This document shows, in pieces, positions 40,617 through 49,026 of a DNA stretch of 64,000 bases. The stretch spans positions 3,456,001 through 3,520,000 of the forward strand of contig CBDDFZ010000001.1 in NCBI GenBank assembly GCA_965227515.1, given 5' to 3'. Position numbers and translations under genes: made by a program. The DNA is from Alphaproteobacteria bacterium (GTDB lineage: Bacteria; Pseudomonadota; Alphaproteobacteria; CALKHQ01). A model generated the notes under the pieces. It saw only the letters and a list, made by a program, of their open reading frames with translations. It was not told the origin of the DNA and did no database searches. Position 1 is the first letter of the stretch; every line of letters starts with the position of its first letter.

Positions 40617-41172
40617 GCGCCTGATCGCCGAGGCGATGGCCGCCATCCGCGACCGGCAGTGGCCAAAGGCCGAGGCGCTGCTGCGCCGGCTGGCACGCGG
40701 CAAGGACGTGCCTCCGCAGGTGCCTTACAATCTGGCACTCGTGCTGCGCGAGCTGGGCAAGCCGCGTCAGGTCGGCCACTGGCTCGGCGAGGCGGTGCGC
40801 CTGAAGCCCGACTATGCCGCCGCCTGGTTCGAACTCGGGCGCTGTCGCCTGGACGAAGCCGGCGACATGGCGGGCGCCCGCGACGCATTCGCCGAGGCCG
40901 CGCGGCATGACCCGACCGATGCCGATGCCTGGCGCAATCTGGCTCGGATATCGGCGCGGCTGGGCGACCACGCCGCCGCGCGCGATGCCTGGCGACAGGC
41001 CCTCGCGATCCGCGACGATATCGAGGACCGGGTCGGCCTGGTACAGGCATTGCTCGAATTGCGCGACCCGGACGCCGATGCCCTGCTGAAGGTCCTCTGG
41101 ACCCAACCCGCCAGCCGCGCCTATCTGCTCAAGGCGCTGACCCACAGCAGCGCCGGCACCCTGACCCTGTAG
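40603..41172 (+). CDS. Tetratricopeptide repeat protein
   Basis: YNLA, PDYAAAWFELG, DPTDADAWRNLA repeats. Confidence 0.75.
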   Translation: MSQTERLIAEAMAAIRDRQWPKAEALLRRLARGKDVPPQVPYNLALVLRELGKPRQVGHWLGEAVRLKPDYAAAWFELGRCRLDEAGDMAGARDAFAEAARHDPTDADAWRNLARISARLGDHAAARDAWRQALAIRDDIEDRVGLVQALLELRDPDADALLKVLWTQPASRAYLLKALTHSSAGTLTL

Positions 41173-41874
41173 CTAGCTTCTGTAGTTCTTCCGATACGCG
41201 CCGCGTTCGGCCTGCACGTCCTCTTGCAGGGCGCGGGTGGCGGCCTGACGGTCCGCGTCCATGGTCTCGACCACAAGGTCCAGGCGCTCGCGCGGCACCG
41301 GCACCGCTTGCGCTACCGGCGTGCCAGCGGCAATGACGCCGCTGAAGCCGGGGTCCGTCCACACCGCCGGGAAGTGCACGTACCCATCGCGGTAGGTGTC
41401 GCAATCGACCAGTCCGGTGAGCGTCTGGAACGGGGTTGGCGGACGCCCGAACGGATGGGTGAACAGTACCGACCAGCCATCCGGCGCCTCCAATGCCCAG
41501 AAGTTCATGAACTTGACGAAGAACCGGCCGCTGCCCGCCAGCGGGCTGCCGGTTGCCTGCTCCGGCGCGTGGACCGCCACCGGCGCGCGGGCCGACACCT
41601 GGTCGGGCAACACCGGTATGTCCCAGTCCCAGGAGATGGCGCCGTTCTCCACCCGCAGGTCGCAGGCGAGCGGCATCAGCAGCCCCAATCCCAGGGCGTC
41701 GATCAGTGGCGGGCAGTGCTTCAGGGTGCGGATCGGCATGCCGCCCAGGCTGTCGGCCGGTACCTCCGAGGGCATGTCGCGCAGCCAGTCCGGCAAGGCC
41801 GACCCCGCCGGTACCGGCTTCGGCAGAATGTGCTCCAGCGCCGGATGGCAGCGCGCGGTGATCTGGATGGTCAT
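41173..41874 (-). CDS. Conserved hypothetical protein (possibly DUF6065-like)
   Basis: TLKHCPPLIDA, KFMNFW, GWSVLFTHP, GLVDCD, GTPVAQ; typical codon usage. Confidence 0.65.
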   Translation of the reverse strand: MTIQITARCHPALEHILPKPVPAGSALPDWLRDMPSEVPADSLGGMPIRTLKHCPPLIDALGLGLLMPLACDLRVENGAISWDWDIPVLPDQVSARAPVAVHAPEQATGSPLAGSGRFFVKFMNFWALEAPDGWSVLFTHPFGRPPTPFQTLTGLVDCDTYRDGYVHFPAVWTDPGFSGVIAAGTPVAQAVPVPRERLDLVVETMDADRQAATRALQEDVQAERGAYRKNYRS

Positions 41875-41922
41875 GGGTGGTCAATTATTAGCCTGCAGCA
41901 CGCTACCTTACCCAACAACAAC

Positions 41923-42014
41923 CGTCATGCTCGGGCTTGACCCGAGCATCCACGAAAATGGCCGCATGAGCGGCCAACAAGACGTGGATGCCCGCAACAA
42001 GTGCGGGCATGACG
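41923..42014. repeat. REP/REPIN-like palindromic element (GTCATGC...GCATGAC type)
   Basis: Two inverted hairpin units CGTCATGCTCGGGCTTGACCCGAGCATCCACG and CGTGGATGCCCGCAACAAGTGCGGGCATGACG around a small central hairpin. Confidence 0.85.
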
Positions 42015-42027
42015 AAAGGAAGTGGTG

Positions 42028-42897
42028 CTAAGCCTTCTGCTCCCGGCGGAGGAAAAACGTGTAGACCACGGCACTGACCACCGTCAGCACCACGATGATG
42101 GCGCCGATGGCGTTGATCACCGGCGGGTGGCCGTTGGGGTTGCGCACCATCGCCCCGATCTCGGTGGAAAAGGTGCACGAGCCGCCCTTGGCGAACATGG
42201 TGGTGTTGTAGTTCTCGAACGACGACATGAACGCGATCACGCCCGCGGTGGCCAGCGCCGGCACCAGATATGGCAGCGTGATCCGCCGAAACACCCGCCA
42301 GGTCGAGGCACCCAGGTCCAGCGCCGCCTCCTCGTACTCCGGCGGCTGGCGCTGCAGGCGCGCCATGATCACCAGCATCGGGTAGCCGGCGATGAAGGTT
42401 GTCTGCGCCAGGATGATGGTGGTGAGCCCGGCGTCGACGCCGAAATTGTTCCACATCACCAGGGTCGACAGGCCAAGCACGATGCCCGGTGCGAGCATCG
42501 GCGACAGCAGCACCCACCACAGGAAGCTGTTGAACCGGGTCTGCCAGCGGGTCAGCAGGATGGCGCCGGAGAGCCCCAGCACTAGCGACAGCGGCACCAC
42601 GAAGGCGGCTACGATGAGGGAGTTGCCGAAGCAGTTGGTCAGCCGCGGACGGTCCAGGCTGCGCAGCACGCTGTCGGCGCGCAGGCCCGCATCGTCCATC
42701 CAGAAGAACGCGTACCACTTGCCGGTCAGCCCGTGCCATTCGGTGACGCTGGGCGGCGAGATGTCGTTGAACGACGCGATGATCAGCAGGATCAGCGGCG
42801 CGAACATGAACACCAGGAAGCAGCCGGTGTAGAACTTCAGCACCGTGCCGCTGGCGCCGCGCCCGGTGCGGCCTACCGTTGCCGTCATGACGCTCAT
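42028..42897 (-). CDS. PotC-like ABC permease
   Basis: EEAALDLGA loop, AFMSSFENY; ATGA overlap with the upstream gene. Confidence 0.85.
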   Translation of the reverse strand: MSVMTATVGRTGRGASGTVLKFYTGCFLVFMFAPLILLIIASFNDISPPSVTEWHGLTGKWYAFFWMDDAGLRADSVLRSLDRPRLTNCFGNSLIVAAFVVPLSLVLGLSGAILLTRWQTRFNSFLWWVLLSPMLAPGIVLGLSTLVMWNNFGVDAGLTTIILAQTTFIAGYPMLVIMARLQRQPPEYEEAALDLGASTWRVFRRITLPYLVPALATAGVIAFMSSFENYNTTMFAKGGSCTFSTEIGAMVRNPNGHPPVINAIGAIIVVLTVVSAVVYTFFLRREQKA

Positions 42898-44294
42898 GCC
42901 CGGATGAAGTCCTTCAGGCGCGCACGCACCAGCCACATGAACAGCCCGACGATGACGAAGCAAATCAGGGTGTATGCGAACGCGTACGCCGACCCCAGAT
43001 TAGCGTTCTGGGATTCGAAGAACTTGTTGTAGATCGACTGGCTGAACCACTCGCCCTGCAAGCCGCGCGAGATGATGCGCGGCACCGAGAACGCGCCCGC
43101 CGACAGCATGAAGGTCGCGATGCAGCCGACCGCGATGCCGGGTTTGGAATGCGGCACGATGATGCGCCGGTGGATACGGAAGGTGGATGCCCCCAGGTCG
43201 CGTGCCGCCTCGATCTGGTTGCGGTCGAGCGTCGCCATCACGTTGTAGAGCGGGAACACCATGAACAGGATGTACGTGTAGACGATCACTACGAACACGG
43301 TGACCGGGCTGCGCTTGAACGCGATCCCCTCCCCGTCGGAAAGATCGAGGATGCCGATGAGGTCGAGCACCTGGTTGAACACGCCATTGGCGTCGATCAG
43401 CGCCACCCAGGCGTACACCCGCATCAGCTCGACGGTGGCATATGGGATGATCAGCGCCAGGAACAGCCAGACCGCGCGCTTCGGCGTTGCCGTCAGGGCC
43501 AGATTGTACGCGATCGGATAACAGGCGATCAGCGCCAACCCGGTGGCGAGCACGGCGAAGATCACCGTGCGGATCAGGGTCGTCAGCGTGATCCGCTCGT
43601 ACACCTCCCCATCGCGCTCGTAACGCAGGCCGACCAGTTGCTGGAGCTGGGTGCCGAACTCGGCATCGGCGCGGGCGCGGGCATCATCGGTCAGCGGGAT
43701 CAGCCGCGACTGCACCATGTGCTCGAAGTTGGTCAGGCTGTAGGGGCTGACGTCGGCTTCCTCGACCAGCAGGCGCTGCTGCAGGTCGCGCGCCACCGCT
43801 TCGATCTCGACCGCCTGGGCGAACTGGGTCTCCAGATCCGCGGACTGGTCGACCGACAGAGTTGCAACGCCGTACTCCTCGTCGAGGAACAGGGTCACGT
43901 CCTCGTCGCGGATCAGCTGCTGGTGGGTGTTCGCCCGGTCGCACTGGATGATGTAGGGCAGTGCGCCGGCATCCGCCCCGCCCATGCTGGGGATGCCCAT
44001 CTCGCCCGGCGCGGGCTGATGGCTGGGCGACGGCGTGATCGACGGGATCGCCAGGCCGCCGTCATCTTCCGGCGCCGCATCCTCGCGATAGCTGTCCAGC
44101 ACGGTCTGGCAGGTGCTCGCGTCCTGCATCAGCGCGAACGCGATCGAGCTGTCGTTCTGGCGCGCGGGCGTGCGCAATGCCTGATCCAGCATCGTGATCT
44201 GCGGCAGGATGATCAGCAGCACGCCCCACAGCGCCGCGGCGGCGACGAAGAATGTCGTCAGCCCCGGCCCATAGGCGCGTACGAGCTTACGCAT
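42894..44294 (-). CDS. PotB-like ABC permease with a large extracytoplasmic insertion
   Basis: YPIAY, RVYAW, IEAARDLGA; about 200 hydrophilic residues after TM1. Confidence 0.85.
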   Translation of the reverse strand: MRKLVRAYGPGLTTFFVAAAALWGVLLIILPQITMLDQALRTPARQNDSSIAFALMQDASTCQTVLDSYREDAAPEDDGGLAIPSITPSPSHQPAPGEMGIPSMGGADAGALPYIIQCDRANTHQQLIRDEDVTLFLDEEYGVATLSVDQSADLETQFAQAVEIEAVARDLQQRLLVEEADVSPYSLTNFEHMVQSRLIPLTDDARARADAEFGTQLQQLVGLRYERDGEVYERITLTTLIRTVIFAVLATGLALIACYPIAYNLALTATPKRAVWLFLALIIPYATVELMRVYAWVALIDANGVFNQVLDLIGILDLSDGEGIAFKRSPVTVFVVIVYTYILFMVFPLYNVMATLDRNQIEAARDLGASTFRIHRRIIVPHSKPGIAVGCIATFMLSAGAFSVPRIISRGLQGEWFSQSIYNKFFESQNANLGSAYAFAYTLICFVIVGLFMWLVRARLKDFIRA

Positions 44295-44317
44295 GGTAGG
44301 CCCGACCGCGCGCTGGC

Positions 44318-45439
44318 CTAGGCATTTTCGGCCATGTCCTTGCCGGTGGCCGCCAGCGGCCCCTGAGGGAGGACGACCGCGTTCTCGCAGGCAAAGCCGA
44401 TGTGCTGGCGTCCCTCCAGGTCGCGACCGGCGGCACCCGTATTGGTCAGGTGCATGGCGATCTGACGGTCGCCGGCACGCAGGAACACGTTGACGAACGG
44501 TCCTTCCAGATCGCGACGTTCGACATCGGCATCGAGCGCGTTGCCGTACGCGCCGCCTTCGGCCTCGCCTTGCAGGCCGACATGCTCCGGCCGGACGAAC
44601 ACCATCGCCTGCGCGCCGACCGCCAGCCCGGATGGATTGCGGCCGAGAAAACGCCCCGCCGGCGTCTCGACCTGGGCCATGTCGCCCTCAAGTGCGGCGA
44701 CGTTGCCCTGGAACACGTTGGTCTCGCCAACGAAGCTGGCGACGAACGAGGTCGCCGGGCGGCTATAGACCTCATCGGCAGCCCCCACCTGCTCGACCAC
44801 GCCGTCCTTCATCACCGCGACCCGGTCGGACATGGTCAGGGCCTCGCCCTGGTCGTGGGTGATGTAGATGAAGGTGACGCCGGTCTGGCGCTGAATCGCG
44901 CGCAACTCGGCGCGCATGTGCTGGCGCAACTTAAGGTCCAACGCCGACAACGGCTCGTCCAGCAACAGCACCGCCGGCTCGACCGCCAGTGCGCGGGCAA
45001 TCGCCACCCGCTGCCGCTGCCCGCCGGAAAGCTCGGTCGGCTTCTTTGTGCCCTGTCCGCCCAGCGCCACCAGGTCCAGCAGCTCCATGGCGCGCTGCTT
45101 GCGCTTCGCCTTGGAGACGCCGCGGGACTCGAGCCCGAAGGCCACGTTCTCCCACACCGTCATCAGCGGGAACAATGCCAGGTTCTGGAAGATCAGCGCG
45201 GTCGGCCGCGCATTGGGGCCGGAGCGACCCATGTCCTCGCCGCCGATCAGGATGCGGCCTGCACTCGGCTGAATGAAGCCGGAGATGGCGCGCAGGATCG
45301 TGGTCTTGCCGCAGCCCGAAGGCCCGAGGATGGAAAAGAACTCGCCGGCGGCGACGGTCAGCGAGGTCGGCTGCACCGCGGTGAAGCCGTTGGGATAGGT
45401 AATCCGGAGCTCGTCGAGGACGACGTCGTTGCCACGCAT
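44318..45439 (-). CDS. PotA-like ABC ATPase
   Basis: GPSGCGKT, LSGGQRQR, DEPLSALD, THDQGEALTMSD, TOBE-like tail. Confidence 0.9.
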   Translation of the reverse strand: MRGNDVVLDELRITYPNGFTAVQPTSLTVAAGEFFSILGPSGCGKTTILRAISGFIQPSAGRILIGGEDMGRSGPNARPTALIFQNLALFPLMTVWENVAFGLESRGVSKAKRKQRAMELLDLVALGGQGTKKPTELSGGQRQRVAIARALAVEPAVLLLDEPLSALDLKLRQHMRAELRAIQRQTGVTFIYITHDQGEALTMSDRVAVMKDGVVEQVGAADEVYSRPATSFVASFVGETNVFQGNVAALEGDMAQVETPAGRFLGRNPSGLAVGAQAMVFVRPEHVGLQGEAEGGAYGNALDADVERRDLEGPFVNVFLRAGDRQIAMHLTNTGAAGRDLEGRQHIGFACENAVVLPQGPLAATGKDMAENA

Positions 45440-45481
45440 GCCTCAAGCCCCCATCACGTCGGCACGTGAGTTCCCGGCGAG

Positions 45482-45509
45482 CGGGCGGCGAGCCAAGACC
45501 CGCCGCCCG
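45482..45509. other. Hairpin downstream of the binding-protein gene
   Basis: CGGGCGGCG-N10-CGCCGCCCG. Confidence 0.55.
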
Positions 45510-45516
45510 ACCCGGC

Positions 45517-46647
45517 TCAGGCGTTGGTGATGATCTCGACGAATTCGTCGCGGACCGGTGCGAAGAATGCGGTGTCGGCCTGCCACCACCACATATTGCT
45601 CAGCACGTCCGGCCGGTAGACCTCGTTGAACTGCTGCTTGAACTCGTCGGAGGCGTAGTCGGCCGCGCCCGCAACCGCGGAGTTGTAGCCGGTGTTGTTG
45701 GCGAACATGCCGCCGACCTCCGGGGTCAGCATGAAGTTGATGAAGGCGTACGCCTGCTCCACGTTCTCCGCGCCCGAGGTCAGGCCGATGGAGTCCATCC
45801 AGGTGATGATGCCTTCCTTCGGCGCGCGATAGACGTAGTTGGCATCCTCGCGGTTCAGCAGCAGGCCAGTGGTGTCCCAGGTCTGCCCGATCACGCAGCC
45901 GGCGTCCTTGAACGCGCCGGTCGCCTCGGTGGCGTTGTTCCAGAAGGCGCCGAAATTGGCCTTGTGCTCGATGATGTACTCGGTGACCGCACCCCACACC
46001 CGGCGCGCATCCTCTTCGGACTTGTAGACGTCGAGCATGCGGTTGGACGGCACGTCGCCGGTCGCGTCCAGGTAGAGGCCGGTGCCCATGATCGCCGACT
46101 TCTGGCGGAATGCCGCGGCACCCGCCGCCTCCGGCCGCCACAGGTCGCCGAACGACAGGTCCTCGTCGGAAATGTCGAGCGCGCCGCGGTTCAGCGTGAT
46201 GCCCTCGGTGCCCCAGTCGAACGGGATCAGGTAGCGGTCGCCGCCGATGGTGGCGCCCAGCGCGATGGAGTCGCGCAGGAACGACGGGATCACCGCGTCC
46301 AGATTGGCCTTGGACTCGTCGATCGCGCCCAGCCAGGTGCCGTTCGGCGCGTCCGCATCGTCGTACCCCGGCCGGTTGGTGATCGACGGCATGATGACGT
46401 CGAAGCCCTTGCCGCCATTGGCGCGCAGGGTCGACTCCGCCTCGTCGTTGGAACCGAACGTGGTCAGGTTCAGCGTGATGCCGGTGTCCGCCTCGAACTT
46501 CTCGGCGATGTTCGGCTGGATGTAGTCCTGCCAGGCGAACACGTTGACCGCGCCTGACGAGGCAAGCGCATCGTGGGCGCGCAGAACGGCAGGTGCCGCA
46601 ACCGCGGCCGCCGCGCCCTTCAGGACGGTACGACGGGACATGGACAT
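45517..46647 (-). CDS. PotD/PotF-like substrate-binding protein with a Tat signal
   Basis: SRRTVLK, WQDYI, PFDWGTEG, PKEG...WMD, AYAFINF. Confidence 0.87.
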   Translation of the reverse strand: MSMSRRTVLKGAAAAVAAPAVLRAHDALASSGAVNVFAWQDYIQPNIAEKFEADTGITLNLTTFGSNDEAESTLRANGGKGFDVIMPSITNRPGYDDADAPNGTWLGAIDESKANLDAVIPSFLRDSIALGATIGGDRYLIPFDWGTEGITLNRGALDISDEDLSFGDLWRPEAAGAAAFRQKSAIMGTGLYLDATGDVPSNRMLDVYKSEEDARRVWGAVTEYIIEHKANFGAFWNNATEATGAFKDAGCVIGQTWDTTGLLLNREDANYVYRAPKEGIITWMDSIGLTSGAENVEQAYAFINFMLTPEVGGMFANNTGYNSAVAGAADYASDEFKQQFNEVYRPDVLSNMWWWQADTAFFAPVRDEFVEIITNA

Positions 46648-46927
46648 GGTGGATCTCCCCTGAGGAACGGAAATTTTGGAGTCTTGATGACGAGCAGGCT
46701 GCTACCGCGCCTCCTTTAACAACGTCACGTGCACCTTCTATTGCATTATTGTGACACTTTTATTGCGGATCGTGACACTCTCTTGACGCTGCCGAAAAGC
46801 CATTTTCCAGGGGACAATTGGCCCTGCTGTCATTCCACTGTCATGGCAATTGGTTAGACGGCAATGTTCCCAGCAACGGCGAGCTGCCATGCTGGCCTGC
46901 ATCTCCTGCACACGGGTTGGAACCGCG

Positions 46928-48436
46928 ATGAACGTCCTCCTGATCACTTGCGACCAATGGCGCGGCGACTGCCTTTCGGCGGTCGGCCATCCCGTCGTCA
47001 GAACGCCGAATGCCGACCGGCTGGCAGCGCGCGGCACCTTGTTCGAGCGCCACTATTGCCAGGCGGCGCCATGCTCGCCGGCCCGCGCATCGCTGCTGAC
47101 CGGGCTCTACCAGATGAACCACCGGGTCTGCCGCAACGGCACGCCGCTGGACGCGCGCCACGACAACCTGGCGCTGGCCGCCCGGCGCCATGGCTACAAT
47201 CCCGTGCTGTTCGGCTACACTGATACCGGTGTCGATCCGCGCACCTGCAGCCCGGCCGACCCGCGCACCCGCACCTATGAGGGCGTGCTGCCCGGCTTCC
47301 ATGCCGAGCAATTGCTGCCTGAGTCGTCGGAGCCTTGGTTGGCCTGGTTGAGACGCAAGGGCGTGCCGGTGCCCGAGACCGGGCTGGACGTCTACCTGCC
47401 CGAGGATGGCGCCATCGACCCGCCCACCGGTGCGCCCGTGCGCCATCCGGCCGAGGCAACGGAAGCCGCGTTTCTGGCCGAGGCCTGCATGGACTACATC
47501 GGCGAAATGGGGGCGACGCCCTGGTTCGCGCATGTCAGCTTCCTGCGCCCGCATCCACCGTTCACCGCGCCGGCGCCCTACAACAAGATGGTCTCGCCAG
47601 ACGAGGCGCCGGACTTCGTGCGCGCGCCCTCCATTGACGCCGAGCGCGCATCGCACCCATTCGTCAACGGCGCGCTCGCCATGATCGAGAAGGGCGACTT
47701 CATTCGCGGCGCGACGGGACTGGCGGCGGACTGGGACGACGACGCGCGCCGGCAGATCCGCGCCACCTACTACGGACTGGTCGCCGAGGCGGATGCGCAG
47801 GTCGGGCGCCTGCTCGACTTCCTGGAGGAAACCCGCCAGCTCGACGACACGCTGGTGGTGCTGACCACCGACCACGGCGAGATGCTGGGCGACCACTACC
47901 TGTTCGGCAAGCTCGGCTATTTCGACCAGGCCTTCCACATTCCGCTGATCGTCGCCGGACCCAATGTGGCGCGCGGGCACCGGGTCAACGCTTTCACCGA
48001 GTCCGTCGACGTGACACCGACTGTGATCGCCCACATGGGCGAGACGCCGCCGCGCGCGATGGACGGGCGGTCTCTGGCGCCGTTCCTGTCAGGCGGTGCA
48101 CCGGGCCAGTGGCGCGACTGCGCGCATTGGGAGTTCGATTTTCGGGAAGTGGCAAACCCGGCCGTTCAGGCGGCCATCGGCCTGCCCATCGACGACTGCG
48201 CTCTGGCGGTGATCCGCGATGAGCGCTTCAAGTATGTGCATTTCACTGCGCTGCCGCCGTTGCTGTTCGACCTGGCCAACGACCCGGGCGAACTGAACAA
48301 CCTGGCGGACGATCCCACCCATGCGTCCACGCGGGTTATCTATGCCGAGAAAATGCTGTCGTGGCGCGCCCGCCATCTGGACCGCACACTGACCGGCATC
48401 GAATTACACCCCGACGGGATGGTCAGTTTGCCTTGA
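46928..48436 (+). CDS. Sulfatase-superfamily hydrolase, phosphonate monoester hydrolase-like
   Basis: DQWR, CSPARASLLTGLY.MNHR..NGTPLD, GYTD..DPR, RPHPP, DHGE.LGDH, KYVHF. Confidence 0.8.
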   Translation: MNVLLITCDQWRGDCLSAVGHPVVRTPNADRLAARGTLFERHYCQAAPCSPARASLLTGLYQMNHRVCRNGTPLDARHDNLALAARRHGYNPVLFGYTDTGVDPRTCSPADPRTRTYEGVLPGFHAEQLLPESSEPWLAWLRRKGVPVPETGLDVYLPEDGAIDPPTGAPVRHPAEATEAAFLAEACMDYIGEMGATPWFAHVSFLRPHPPFTAPAPYNKMVSPDEAPDFVRAPSIDAERASHPFVNGALAMIEKGDFIRGATGLAADWDDDARRQIRATYYGLVAEADAQVGRLLDFLEETRQLDDTLVVLTTDHGEMLGDHYLFGKLGYFDQAFHIPLIVAGPNVARGHRVNAFTESVDVTPTVIAHMGETPPRAMDGRSLAPFLSGGAPGQWRDCAHWEFDFREVANPAVQAAIGLPIDDCALAVIRDERFKYVHFTALPPLLFDLANDPGELNNLADDPTHASTRVIYAEKMLSWRARHLDRTLTGIELHPDGMVSLP

Positions 48437-48459
48437 GTCCGCTGTCGCTCAGCAGACTG

Positions 48460-48930
48460 TTAGATCGGCGTTGCGGGCGGCCCGCCAAGTGTCGTCTCGT
48501 TATCGCTGTCCAGCGGCCCCGGCCCCAAGCCGGGCGCGGCCGCCGGCGTCACGGGACCAGCCGCGGGTGCAGGCCCGGCCGCCGGCTCCGCTCCAGCCAG
48601 CAAGCAGGCGGAGGTGAAACTGTCCACCAGTTCTGGCGCCAACACCGCCTGGGCCGTCGCCACGATATCGAACACAGCCTCGCTGCTGATGCTGCAGCAC
48701 GACGTCGCCAATGCCTCCAACTCCGCCGCCGTGGCGGAACCGATGGCGCCTGACGGCGCGCATATGCCGCCGCTGGCAAATACCGTTGGGTCGACATTGC
48801 CCCCCTGGGGCAACGGCTCGTCCGACTGAGTGATCCCTGGCAAGTCTTGCGCAAGCGCCTGCCCGGCGAACACCGCCAAGACCGGCACCAGGCATCCCAC
48901 TGCAAATCTGCGGCCCAGTTGCATCTGCAT
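48460..48930 (-). CDS. Small secreted Cys-containing protein with a Pro/Ala-rich tail
   Basis: GGGGGA RBS; signal peptide ending ALA-Q; four cysteines; EPAAGPAPAAGP tail. Confidence 0.65.
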   Translation of the reverse strand: MQMQLGRRFAVGCLVPVLAVFAGQALAQDLPGITQSDEPLPQGGNVDPTVFASGGICAPSGAIGSATAAELEALATSCCSISSEAVFDIVATAQAVLAPELVDSFTSACLLAGAEPAAGPAPAAGPVTPAAAPGLGPGPLDSDNETTLGGPPATPI

Positions 48931-49026
48931 CTCACTTCCCCCTTGCAGTCCTACCTGCATGTCAGTTCGGGTACGCGAAACCTCGTACGCCTGACGACAC
49001 CGGCACGCCTGGCCGGCAGACAACGG

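Noticed and set aside
46928-48436. Choline sulfatase betC
   Set aside because: Motifs (DQWR, MNHR, GYTD..DPR) fit the PMH-like branch better, and the gene is outside the bet operon
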